Shown here: in pieces, positions 51,109 through 60,282 of the stretch
Layout: each line of letters starts with the position of its first letter
Position numbering within the stretch: position 1 is the stretch's first letter
Source: Myxococcota bacterium
Lineage (GTDB): Bacteria; Myxococcota_A; UBA796; SXON01
Assembly (NCBI GenBank): GCA_040386535.1
Contig: JAZKFH010000047.1
Span: 1 to 64,000 of the forward strand
Length of the DNA: 64,000 nucleotides
Direction of reading: 5' to 3'
Program-made: the position numbers and the translations under genes
Notes under the pieces: generated by a model
Databases searched by the model: none
What the model was told of the DNA's origin: nothing
Seen by the model: the letters and a program-made list of their open reading frames with translations, nothing else

Positions 51109-52575
51109 CTACCTGGCGCCGGCCACGGCGGGCGGCTGGATCGTGCCGTCCTGCGCGATCGCCACGGTCGTGCTGGCGAAGTCCTGCTGCCCGAGCACCC
51201 GGATGAGGTCGGCGGCCGCGTTCTGCGGATCGGGCACCGGAACGCCCTCGCCGGCCTGGCGCGTCCCGAGGATGCGCCCGGCAGAGAGGCGGCCGTCCCG
51301 CGCGAGCTCGACCTCGAGGATCGCGCCGATCCCCTGGTTGCCGGACAGGTTGAAGCGGCCGTAGGTGGCGAAGTTGCCCAGGGAGTAGGCGATGAGCCGG
51401 CCCTTGTACAGCTCCATCGCGCGCAACACGTGGGGGCCGTGCCCGAGCACCAGGTCCGCGCCCGCGTCGACCACGGCATGGGTGAACATCCGCAGGTCGC
51501 CGCGGTCCTCGCCGTAGAACGTCTCGGGCCCCACGGGGACGTGGATCGCCTTGCTCCCCTCGGCGCCGCCGTGGAAGCTCACGATGACCACGTCGTTCTC
51601 TGCGGCCAGGCCCTGCACCAGCGCGACGGCGGTGTTCGTGTCGTTCAGGTTGTGGCCCGATGCGCTCGTGTGGAAGCCGATGAGCGCCACCTTGAGCCCG
51701 TTCGTCTCCCAGCGCGCGATCGTGCCGGGGCGGCCCGAGTAGCGGATGCCGGCGCCCTCGAGCGCGGCCTCGGTCTGGAGCCGGCACAGCTCGCCAAAGT
51801 CGATGGCGTGGTTGTTGGCGGTGCTCATCACGTCGAAGCCCGCCTCGTCGAACCAGCGCATGTACGCGGTCGGCGTGCGGAAGGCGTAGCAGCTGCCCGG
51901 CGCGGCGTCGGGCTTGCATTTGAGCGAGGGCGCGTCGAGATCGCAGAGGGGGCCCTCGAGGTTGCCGAAGGTCACGTCGGCGTCCGTGAGGAGGTCCTTC
52001 ACGGCGCGGAAGGTGGCGGCGCCGCCCTCGGGGGGGAGCGCGCCCTCGGGGAAGGCGGTGCCGATCATCAGGTCGCCCACGGCGCGCAGGCGGAAGGACG
52101 CGCCCGGCGGCGCGGTCGACGCGTAGGTCTTCGCGGCGGCCGCGCGCGCCGTGGCCGCGAGGCGCCCCACCTCGAGCTGACCGCGCGCCGCGGGGAGCTG
52201 GCTGGCGACGGACTCGTAGGTGGGCGCCACCGCGGCGAGGGCCTCCCACTCGCGCACCACCGCGGTCCAGTCGTTCTTGATCCAGTGCGCCCATCCGAGT
52301 TGCCAGCGGCACTCCAGGGTCGCGGGCGCGGCGGCGAGGCACCGGGTGAACGCGGCGATGGCCTCGTCCGCGCGCTTGTCCCGGAGCGCGGCGAGCCCCT
52401 CGGCGAGGCCCGGCGGGAGCGGCGCGGTCATCGTCGCGGCGCCGGCCGGCGCGGCGGGATCGGTGGGCGCGGGCGCCGGCGCGACGGCGGGCGCGGCCGC
52501 CACCGGGGGCACGAGGGCGGGGCGAAGGACGGGGGTGAGCGCGCAGCCGAGCGCGAGGGCGAGGATCATCCGCAT
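51109..52575 (-). CDS. CapA/PgsA family metallophosphoesterase-fold protein with an N-terminal TPR
   Basis: VGDLM, GNLEGP, TANNHAIDFG, SFHGGAE, GHGPHV, YSLGNF. Confidence 0.9.
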   Translation of the reverse strand: MRMILALALGCALTPVLRPALVPPVAAAPAVAPAPAPTDPAAPAGAATMTAPLPPGLAEGLAALRDKRADEAIAAFTRCLAAAPATLECRWQLGWAHWIKNDWTAVVREWEALAAVAPTYESVASQLPAARGQLEVGRLAATARAAAAKTYASTAPPGASFRLRAVGDLMIGTAFPEGALPPEGGAATFRAVKDLLTDADVTFGNLEGPLCDLDAPSLKCKPDAAPGSCYAFRTPTAYMRWFDEAGFDVMSTANNHAIDFGELCRLQTEAALEGAGIRYSGRPGTIARWETNGLKVALIGFHTSASGHNLNDTNTAVALVQGLAAENDVVIVSFHGGAEGSKAIHVPVGPETFYGEDRGDLRMFTHAVVDAGADLVLGHGPHVLRAMELYKGRLIAYSLGNFATYGRFNLSGNQGIGAILEVELARDGRLSAGRILGTRQAGEGVPVPDPQNAAADLIRVLGQQDFASTTVAIAQDGTIQPPAVAGAR

Positions 52576-53297
52576 GAGGACACCAGGGCGGCGAAGAGCC
52601 GTCCGTCGAGAAGCTCGGGGTGCCACTGCACGCCGAGACAGAAGGGGTGGCCGGGCAACGCCACGGCCTCGATGACGCCGTCGGGCGCGCGCGCGAACAC
52701 GTCGAGGGGCCCCGGCTCCGCCACCGCCTGGTGGTGGGTGGAGTTCACCGCGGTGCCGACCAGCGCGGCCCACGGGCCGGTGGCCTCGAGCAGGTGCCCC
52801 GGCGTGGCGGGGTCGGTGGGTTGTTCGTGCTCCAGCGCGCCCGGCACCAGGGTGCGGATGTCCTGCACGAGCGTGCCGCCCAGCGCGACGGCGAGGGCCT
52901 GCATGCCGCCGCAGATGCCGAGGAGCGGCACCCCACGCTCGGCGCAGGCGCGCGCCAGGGGCAGCTCCAGGGTGGTGCGGGCCTCCTCCACCCGATCGAG
53001 CCGGGCCACCACGTCCTGCCCGTAGTGGCGGGGATGAATGTCCATCGCGCCGCCGGTGATGATGACGCCGCGCGCCATCGCCAGGATCGCGTCGACCTCG
53101 TCGCCGCCGCCGGGCGGCAGGAGCACCGGGATCCCGCCCGCGGCCCGCACGCGGGCCACCAGCACCTCGTTGAGGAAGACCTGGGCGCGCGGGGGACGGA
53201 CCCGCGATGGCGGCGCTGTCCCGACCGCCGGCGACAAGGCGGGCGCGGGGCCGGCGTCACGACGGTCGCAGGTGATGGCGATGAGGAGGGGGGGCAC
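52566..53297 (-). CDS. Peptidase C26 / PuuD-like gamma-glutamyl hydrolase
   Basis: ITGG..DIHP..YG, LGICGGMQ, VNSTHHQAV, GVQWHPE. Confidence 0.9.
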   Translation of the reverse strand: MPPLLIAITCDRRDAGPAPALSPAVGTAPPSRVRPPRAQVFLNEVLVARVRAAGGIPVLLPPGGGDEVDAILAMARGVIITGGAMDIHPRHYGQDVVARLDRVEEARTTLELPLARACAERGVPLLGICGGMQALAVALGGTLVQDIRTLVPGALEHEQPTDPATPGHLLEATGPWAALVGTAVNSTHHQAVAEPGPLDVFARAPDGVIEAVALPGHPFCLGVQWHPELLDGRLFAALVSSCG

Positions 53298-53372
53298 GGC
53301 GATCGCAGTAACGGGCGCACGAGCGTTACGGTACGAGGGGCACGCTCTCGGTGGGGCGGGCCCGGAGGCAAT

Positions 53373-54311
53373 CTGCCCGGCATCGCCGTCGTCACCAACC
53401 CCCGTTCCCGCCAGAACCGCCGCGATCCCGGCATCGCGGGGCAGCTCGCCTACGTCCTCGGCGAGCGGGGGCAGCTCGCGCAGCCGACCAACCGCGAGGA
53501 GCTGGTCGACGCCGCGCGGCGCTTCCGTGACCTCGGGATCGACGTGCTCGCGATCAACGGCGGCGACGGTACCGCCCACGTCGTGCTCACCGCGATGGTG
53601 CTCGCCTACGGCGACGCCCCGCTACCCGCCATCGCGCTGCTCCGCGGCGGCACGATGAACACCGTGGCGAGCGGCATCGGGGTGAAGGGCTCGCCCGCCG
53701 CGCTCCTCGGCGCGCTCGTGACGCGCTACCACGCGGGCGAGCAGCTCGGTTGGGTGGAGCGCAACCTGCTCTGTGTCCCCGGGCCGGTGCCCCAATACGG
53801 TTTTCTGTTCGGAAACGGGCTCATCGCCAACTTCCTCGAGGCCTACTACGAGGGCAGCGATCCTTCGCCCCAGAAGGCGGCGTGGATCCTGGCACGAGCG
53901 GTCGCGTCCGCGATGGTGGGCGGCGCCCTCATCCGGCGGCTGATGCGCCCCATCGAGCTCGAGGTCGACATCGACGGCGCGGCGTGGGCGCCCGCAGCGT
54001 ATCTGTGCGTCGCCGCGGGCACGGTCGACGACATCGGGCTCCGCTTCCGTCCGTTCTACCTCGCGCCCACCCACCCCGAGCGGGTCCACGCGGTGGGTTT
54101 TGCCTGCTCGCCGATGGCGCTCATCGGGGAGCTCGGCAACATCTGGCTGGCCCGCCCCACCAGCGCGCCGGGGATCCGGAGCGCGCTGGCGGGCCGGATG
54201 GTGCTCCGTGGCAATGCGCCGATCCCCTACATGATCGACGGAGACTTCCACACCGGCATGCAAACGCTCACCGTCGAGGTGGGCCCGCGGGTGCGGCTGT
54301 TGGTGCCCTGA
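53373..54311 (+). CDS. Diacylglycerol kinase family protein (CTG start proposed)
   Basis: VVTNPRS, INGGDGT, LRGGTMN, YMIDGD; GGAGG 4 nt before CTG. Confidence 0.85.
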   Translation: MPGIAVVTNPRSRQNRRDPGIAGQLAYVLGERGQLAQPTNREELVDAARRFRDLGIDVLAINGGDGTAHVVLTAMVLAYGDAPLPAIALLRGGTMNTVASGIGVKGSPAALLGALVTRYHAGEQLGWVERNLLCVPGPVPQYGFLFGNGLIANFLEAYYEGSDPSPQKAAWILARAVASAMVGGALIRRLMRPIELEVDIDGAAWAPAAYLCVAAGTVDDIGLRFRPFYLAPTHPERVHAVGFACSPMALIGELGNIWLARPTSAPGIRSALAGRMVLRGNAPIPYMIDGDFHTGMQTLTVEVGPRVRLLVP

Positions 54312-54450
54312 CGCGCTGGTGTGACGTGCGCCGGGGCTTGACGCCGCGTCCGCGGTGATTCTCCTGTATGCGTTCGCGCTGGCTGGCACGTTGGTGCTGC
54401 CCGCCGGCGCCCGATCCAAACGTCAGGCCATCCAAGTCAAGGGGTTTGCC

Positions 54451-54915
54451 ATGTCTCCCATCCAGGAGCTCGAGCGCGCGCTTTTCGGCCTCGGTCCGCT
54501 CTCCCGGCGCAGCGTTCATTTCGTTCCCCGGTTCGTCGATGATTCGCGTGCGTACGATCCTCGTATCCCCGCCCCCGCTCCCGGCGGTGCGGTCCGTGTC
54601 AACGTGTGGGACGCGGGTCCCAACGTGGTCCTCGTGGCCGAGGTGCCCGGACTGACCGAAAAAGACGTGACCCTCTCGTTCGAGCACGACGTGCTCACCC
54701 TGTCCGGGGAGCGCACGCCCACCGTGCCCGAGGGGTACACCGCGCAGCGGCGCGAGCGGCCCACCCTGCGCTTCTCCCGCGCGATCCGGTTCAATGTGCC
54801 GGTCGACGTGGCGGGAATCACGGCCGTGGTCAAGAACGGGCTGCTCACGGTCACCCTGCCGAAGTCCGCCCGGGCCGCGGCGCGTGCCATCCCGGTCCAA
54901 TCCGTCACCCACTGA
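54451..54915 (+). CDS. Hsp20/alpha-crystallin small heat-shock protein
   Basis: AEVPG, LTLSGER, FSRAI, NGLLTVTLPK. Confidence 0.92.
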   Translation: MSPIQELERALFGLGPLSRRSVHFVPRFVDDSRAYDPRIPAPAPGGAVRVNVWDAGPNVVLVAEVPGLTEKDVTLSFEHDVLTLSGERTPTVPEGYTAQRRERPTLRFSRAIRFNVPVDVAGITAVVKNGLLTVTLPKSARAAARAIPVQSVTH

Positions 54916-54955
54916 TCCTCTCTCTCCACTCCCGTTGACCAAACGGAGGTATCTG

Positions 54956-55351
54956 ATGTCGACCCCGAACAGCGCCCACTCCCCGACCGAGAATCCCCAG
55001 GCGCAGCGCTCCCCGCCTGGGCGTCCCGTGCTCGTCCCGCGTGTGGACATCTACGAGTCCGATGGGGACGTGCTCGTCACCGCCGACCTCCCCGGCGTGC
55101 CCGAAGGCCAGGTGCGTCTGCACCTGGAGAGGGACCAACTCTTGTTGGAGGCCACCACCCAACTTCCCGCCGCCGTGGGAGAGCCGGTGGGCCAGGAATT
55201 CGGCAACGTGGACTACCGCAGGGTGTTCCTCGTCCCCAAGGACATCGATTCCGAGGGGATCACCGCCGAGCTCCAAGACGGCGTGCTCCGCGTGCGCCTC
55301 CCCAAGCTCCAGGCGGCCCGGCCGCGGCGGATCGAGGTGCTCGCCAGCTGA
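54956..55351 (+). CDS. Second Hsp20 protein
   Basis: PRVDIYE, ADLPGV, DGVLRVRLPK; SD GGAGGT. Confidence 0.92.
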   Translation: MSTPNSAHSPTENPQAQRSPPGRPVLVPRVDIYESDGDVLVTADLPGVPEGQVRLHLERDQLLLEATTQLPAAVGEPVGQEFGNVDYRRVFLVPKDIDSEGITAELQDGVLRVRLPKLQAARPRRIEVLAS

Positions 55352-55394
55352 CTTGGTAGCGAGTTGTCCCGTGACGCGTGAAACATGACACGTG

Positions 55395-57335
55395 TCACGG
55401 GCCAACGGCCTCGACCACCACGACCGCCGACTCCGTCCATCGCGCCGTCTGGGGGGTGAGGGCGCCGTTCCGTGGGTCCCAACCGCCAACCACGCGCCAG
55501 CGCCCGCTGGTCACGAGCGCGTCGGCGTGGGGGGTGCCGGGCCCGCGGTATTCGCGGTGGGAGGAGACCACCAGCCACGTGCCCGGGAGCGGGCGGGCGA
55601 GCGCGGCGGCGCAGGCGTGCTCACCGTCGGGCGGCGTCACGCGCGCATCCTCGTGCAGGTACAACCAGACGGGGTGCGGCGCACAGTCGACGATGCGCGT
55701 GGGCGTGGGCTGGGTGGCGAGCCAGCGTGCCACCTGGAGCGTGGCGCCCGCGTTGCCCCCGGGGTCCTCCGCGGCGTCGGCGCGCGCGGCCGGCGAAGGA
55801 AACGGCAGCGACGGAGACTCCCACGCGGTGTCGCTTCCCACCCAGAGCGCCTGGCCGAAGAGCAACCAGAACGCTGCCGACGCCACCGCCACGAGCGCGC
55901 GCGATCCCCGGTCCGCGCCCGCGACGAGCCGTAGGAGCCGCCCCCACCCGACGACGCCCACCAGCGCCACGACCGGCAGCAGATGCACGAAGTAGCGGAT
56001 GTTGTACTTGAGTGACAACGGCCCCCACGCCGAAACGAGCGCGGCCGCGGGCACGAGCAGGAGCCACCGCCCGGCGCCCGCCTTCCCGGGGAGGAGGGCC
56101 CCGGCGAGGCCGACGAGCAACAGGAGCAGGCCGACGCGGGGCAGCGTGGAGAGGGTCTGCTCGAGCTCGTGCAGGTTGATGCGCAGCCGCTCGGAGAGCG
56201 GAGCGATGGAGGTGTTCGGGGCGGGCACCCACGTGGCGCCGCTGGCACCCGAGCGCAGACGCAACACGTCGCTGTCCGCCGGGGTCGTCACTGCGGAGAG
56301 GGCGGCCTCGAGTTCGCCGTCCCGCAGGAAGGTCGGCAGGCGCGGGTTCGTGGGGAGGGCGGGATCGGGCCGACGTACGGCGGCCCACGCCCACGGCCTG
56401 TCCCGGTGCAGCTCCTCGCGCTGGTTCGCCACCAGGGAGCCGAACGGGGTGTACGACACGGGCGGATCGAGCGCGCCGACCACGGCCGCGGTGGCGAGGG
56501 TGCCGACGAGGAGGCCGCCGACGAGCGGACGGAGAACGGTCCGATCCCCGAGCCACGCGAGCGGGAGGCCGACAGCAAGGGCGGGCCCGAGCGAGAGCAG
56601 CGCTTTCTCCTGCGTGGAGAGCGCGAGGCCGGTAAGGAGCCCCGCGAGGGCCCACCGCGGCAGGGTGGGCCGGGCCAACGCCCACGTGAGCGCCGCGAGC
56701 GCCGCGACGATGACGGAGAAGTACAGCGGGTAGTTGGTCGACTGGGGCGCAAACGCCCAGGGGACCGGGTGCAGCACGCAGAGGATGGCCACCAGCAGCG
56801 CCTCGCCGCGCCCGGTCAGCGTGCGGGCGAGCGCGTATCCGAGCGACGGAAACGCCGACACCGCCACGTGGGTGAGGAGCTGGGTGGCCGCCAACGGCGA
56901 GAGCGCCGTCGCCGCGACGAGCCGGGCGCCGAGCCAGGCGTGGAGGATGCGCTTGTCGGTGTTGTAGTGTTCCCACTGCTCGGTGGCGACGGCGATCAGC
57001 GTGCGGAGGTACGACGGGCCGTCCATGCCGAGGAGCACGCCGTCGGGGTTCACGCGCGCGATCCACGCGCCCAGGGCCACGTACATGCCGAGGCCGAGGG
57101 CGACGGCGATGGCGACATCGAGGGCCCGGTCGCGTGGCGACGGCGGCGTCGGGGCCGCCTCGGTGGGCTCCGGGGGAGCCCGCGTCGCGCGCACCGCGCT
57201 CCACACCCCCGCCGCTCCCGCGACCCCGACGAGCGCGACGAGCGGCGGCCACAAGCCGAGCGGCTCCAGCCCGCGCCGGATCTCACCCGGCCCGAAGTTC
57301 GTCAGGACGTGGATCGCCCACGCCCCGAGGGCCAC
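55395..57335 (-). CDS. Polytopic membrane protein, probable GT-C (PMT/ArnT-like) glycosyltransferase; start uncertain
   Basis: Multiple TM segments; 'GMDGPSY' first loop; 'NIRYFVHLLP' motif. Confidence 0.7.
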   Translation of the reverse strand: MALGAWAIHVLTNFGPGEIRRGLEPLGLWPPLVALVGVAGAAGVWSAVRATRAPPEPTEAAPTPPSPRDRALDVAIAVALGLGMYVALGAWIARVNPDGVLLGMDGPSYLRTLIAVATEQWEHYNTDKRILHAWLGARLVAATALSPLAATQLLTHVAVSAFPSLGYALARTLTGRGEALLVAILCVLHPVPWAFAPQSTNYPLYFSVIVAALAALTWALARPTLPRWALAGLLTGLALSTQEKALLSLGPALAVGLPLAWLGDRTVLRPLVGGLLVGTLATAAVVGALDPPVSYTPFGSLVANQREELHRDRPWAWAAVRRPDPALPTNPRLPTFLRDGELEAALSAVTTPADSDVLRLRSGASGATWVPAPNTSIAPLSERLRINLHELEQTLSTLPRVGLLLLLVGLAGALLPGKAGAGRWLLLVPAAALVSAWGPLSLKYNIRYFVHLLPVVALVGVVGWGRLLRLVAGADRGSRALVAVASAAFWLLFGQALWVGSDTAWESPSLPFPSPAARADAAEDPGGNAGATLQVARWLATQPTPTRIVDCAPHPVWLYLHEDARVTPPDGEHACAAALARPLPGTWLVVSSHREYRGPGTPHADALVTSGRWRVVGGWDPRNGALTPQTARWTESAVVVVEAVGP

Positions 57336-57405
57336 GCCCGTGCCGCCGCGCAGGAGCGGGGGCAGCCATCGGGAGAGCGCCGCGGATTTGGAGGAGCCGG
57401 CCAGC

Positions 57406-59310
57406 CTACCGCCGCTTCGCCGTGTAGCTGGTCGCCTTCTTCTGGTCGGGATGCCGGATGGCGCCGGTCAGGCCGGCGGCGTCGAGCGCGCCGTCGACCC
57501 ACCAGCCGGGGCTCACGTCCTCCGAGAGGGTGAAGCGCCCGGTCGCGCCGTTCAGCGTGCCGCCGAGGCTGAACGTGCGGTAGCTCGTGCCGACGAGCAC
57601 CTCGAGCTGCCCGCTGAGGCGGTCGCCGCCGCGCGGCTCGAGCGCAAGGGTGAAGGGACGGCCGGACCACGTGCCCTGCCAGGTGCCGGAGACGCGGCCG
57701 ACCGCCGCCGCCGTGCGGGCCTCGGCCTCGGCCTTCGCGGCGGCGGCGGCGGCGACCGCGGGATCGACGGCGTCGGCCACGTCCGCGGCGTCGGCGACGA
57801 CGGGCGTGGGGACGGGGTCCGCGGCGACGGGGTCGGGGGTGGTCGAGTCGGGGACGACCTCGGCGCCCGCGCCGGCCGGGAGGGTGGTGGCGAGGGGGGG
57901 CGGGACGGCGAGGGACCCGGATGCGCCGATCGAGGGCTGCGCCGGCGTCGGTACCGCGGTCGGGAGGGCGGTCGGGAGGGCGCTCGGGACCGTGGTCGGC
58001 ACGATCGGAGCCGACGCGGTGCCAGGCGTCAGCGCCGCCCCATCCGCCGCTGGAGGAGCTCCCGTCGCGGCCGCCGGGGGCCCCGCGGGGATCGGAGCGT
58101 CGGTCGGCTCTCCGCGCCCGAACCAGAGCCCCGCGCCGAGCAGGGCGACGGCGGCGAGGCCCACGATCCCGAGGACGCGCCCCCGCGAGGAGGCCGGCGC
58201 CGGGGGCATCGTGGGCGGGAGCGTGCCCGACACGGTCGTGGGGGCGCGGTCCATCGCGTCCACGCTCTCCACGCTGGGCGCGAGGGTGGCACCGGCCCGC
58301 GCCGCCGGGGCGTCGTCGAGCAGGTACTTGCCGAAGGACGCCGGCGCCATCGTCGGGTTGGCGAGGCCGCCCACCGCGGCGGAACCGAGGCCGGCGGCCC
58401 GCAGGGGCATGACCGACGGGAGCGAGATGGCGAGGGGCGCGGCGGCGCGGCGGCCCTCCACGACCTCGGCCAGATCGGGCCGATCGCCGAACAGGGCGCG
58501 CGCCAGCTCGCGGGCGTCGGCGTAGCGGCGGAGGCGGTCCACCTCCAGGCAGCGCTCGACCGTGGCGGCCAGCGTGGTGGGCAGCGTGGGTTCGAGCGTG
58601 CCGATGGGAACGTGGGTGCCGAGCAGGGTCGCGGCGAGCGTCGCGGCGATCTCGTCCCGGGTGAACGGCGCGACGCCCGTCAGCATCTCGTAGAGCACCA
58701 CGCCGAGGGCGAACACGTCGGCACGCGCGTCCGCGCCCGAGGCGTCCCCGGCCTGCTCGGGCGCCATGTACCCGGGGGTGCCCATCACGAGCCCCTGGAT
58801 CGTGTCGCCCGCGCCCGCGGCGGTGTCGCCGATGAGCACCTTGGCGAGGCCGAAGTCGGTCACCTTGGCGAGCACGCCGGTGGGGCCGGGCGCGAGGAGG
58901 ATGTTCCCCGGCTTCAGGTCGCGGTGCAGCACGCCGGCCGCGTGCGCCGCCGCCACGCCGGCGAGCACCTGGGAGAACAGGGCGAGCGCCTCGTCCACGC
59001 GGAGCGCGCCCTTCTCCGCGAGCAGCTGCTGGAGCGTGACGCCCTCGACGTACTCGAGCACGAGCGCCGAGTGGCCGCGCACCTCGATGACGTCGGTCAC
59101 CGCGACCACGTTGGGGTGGCGGAGCTGGGCCTGGATGCTGCCCTCGCGGAGCAGGCGCCGCGCCACGGCGGGCCCGCCCGCGGTCACCACCTTCAGCGCG
59201 TGGAACGAGCCGAGCACGCGGTGGCGCACCTTGTAGACCTGCGCGAGCCCGCCGACGCCGAGCAGCTCGACGACCTCGAAGCGGTCCACCACGTCCCCGG
59301 CATGCAGCAC
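57406..59310 (-). CDS. Transmembrane Ser/Thr kinase with a Pro-rich linker and C-terminal beta domain
   Basis: ALK, HPNVV, HRDLKPGN, DFGLAK, GTPGYMAPE; one TM helix. Confidence 0.92.
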   Translation of the reverse strand: MLHAGDVVDRFEVVELLGVGGLAQVYKVRHRVLGSFHALKVVTAGGPAVARRLLREGSIQAQLRHPNVVAVTDVIEVRGHSALVLEYVEGVTLQQLLAEKGALRVDEALALFSQVLAGVAAAHAAGVLHRDLKPGNILLAPGPTGVLAKVTDFGLAKVLIGDTAAGAGDTIQGLVMGTPGYMAPEQAGDASGADARADVFALGVVLYEMLTGVAPFTRDEIAATLAATLLGTHVPIGTLEPTLPTTLAATVERCLEVDRLRRYADARELARALFGDRPDLAEVVEGRRAAAPLAISLPSVMPLRAAGLGSAAVGGLANPTMAPASFGKYLLDDAPAARAGATLAPSVESVDAMDRAPTTVSGTLPPTMPPAPASSRGRVLGIVGLAAVALLGAGLWFGRGEPTDAPIPAGPPAAATGAPPAADGAALTPGTASAPIVPTTVPSALPTALPTAVPTPAQPSIGASGSLAVPPPLATTLPAGAGAEVVPDSTTPDPVAADPVPTPVVADAADVADAVDPAVAAAAAAKAEAEARTAAAVGRVSGTWQGTWSGRPFTLALEPRGGDRLSGQLEVLVGTSYRTFSLGGTLNGATGRFTLSEDVSPGWWVDGALDAAGLTGAIRHPDQKKATSYTAKRR

Positions 59311-60236
59311 TAGCGCTCCCTGGCGCCGCGGGTCGCGAGCTGGCCCGACAACCCGGCGGTCACGATCACCTGGTCGGCGGGGTTGTTCTTCGCAAAAGCG
59401 GTGCCGAACACGGCCAGCGCCAACGACGTGCGCTTCGACGACCGCACGATCAGCTTGCCGCCCGCGCGCACGTTGAGCACGTTGAGCGCGGCGAAGCGGT
59501 CCGGATCGGCGGCGTCGAGCTGCTCGAAGTCGACCCCCTCGGGGCGCCAGAGCATCGTGATCGCGGGGCCGATCGCCCACGCGGGCCGCGCGCCGCCGAG
59601 CCACTCCAGGTCGGCGTGCATCTCGGAGCCGGGCACGGGCGCGCCGCTCGCGTCGGTGTTGGGGAAGCGATACACGCCGCCCACCTCGAGGTAGCTGCTC
59701 CAGTACCCCTCGCCGAGCGCGCCGCTGCGGCCGACCGACGCGAACCCGCCGAGATCGGTGGTGCCCTCGCCCAGGTTGGTGATGCGCGCGCGCGTGTCGG
59801 AGGTGTGCTGCCCGATGCGAAGGTCGCCGCCGATCGCGACGGAGACCGGGGCGCCGATCAGCTCGTCGATCACGAGGCCCTTCACGCGGACGCCGATGAC
59901 GCCGAGCCCGTCGGTCGTGTCGCAGCCGCGCTGGCCGACGGTGGTGCACAACGCGCCGTCGGTGCGGTTGGCCGTCACGTAGAGGTAGGGCACCTGCAGC
60001 TGGACATCGATGCGGTCGCGCACGCCATAGCCTACGATCAGCTGGGCGCCGGCCTTCTCGATGCCCTCGTCGACATCCACCACGGCCTCGGGGTCCCAGC
60101 TGCCGCCGGACACCGCGAGCTTGCCGATGCGCTGGTACTCGGCGCCGGCGTAGACGGAGAGGTCACCCTCCGGGAGGGTCCACGGGCCCGTTCCGGCGGT
60201 TGCGTCGAGGGAGGTGAGGACGAGGGCGATCAGCAT
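59310..60236 (-). CDS. Putative outer-membrane beta-barrel (transporter-like)
   Basis: Signal peptide, GPWTL, VPY, DGLG, GEGTTD, amphipathic strands. Confidence 0.7.
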   Translation of the reverse strand: MLIALVLTSLDATAGTGPWTLPEGDLSVYAGAEYQRIGKLAVSGGSWDPEAVVDVDEGIEKAGAQLIVGYGVRDRIDVQLQVPYLYVTANRTDGALCTTVGQRGCDTTDGLGVIGVRVKGLVIDELIGAPVSVAIGGDLRIGQHTSDTRARITNLGEGTTDLGGFASVGRSGALGEGYWSSYLEVGGVYRFPNTDASGAPVPGSEMHADLEWLGGARPAWAIGPAITMLWRPEGVDFEQLDAADPDRFAALNVLNVRAGGKLIVRSSKRTSLALAVFGTAFAKNNPADQVIVTAGLSGQLATRGARER

Positions 60237-60282
60237 GCGAAACCCGGCTGGCGGAGTGTACGCCGGACACCGGACGAATGGA

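Noticed and set aside
54338..54420. CIRCE or sigma-54 site before the Hsp20 genes
   Set aside because: No TTAGCACTC-N9-GAGTGCTAA, and TGGCACG...TGC has GG-N9-GC spacing rather than the required N10
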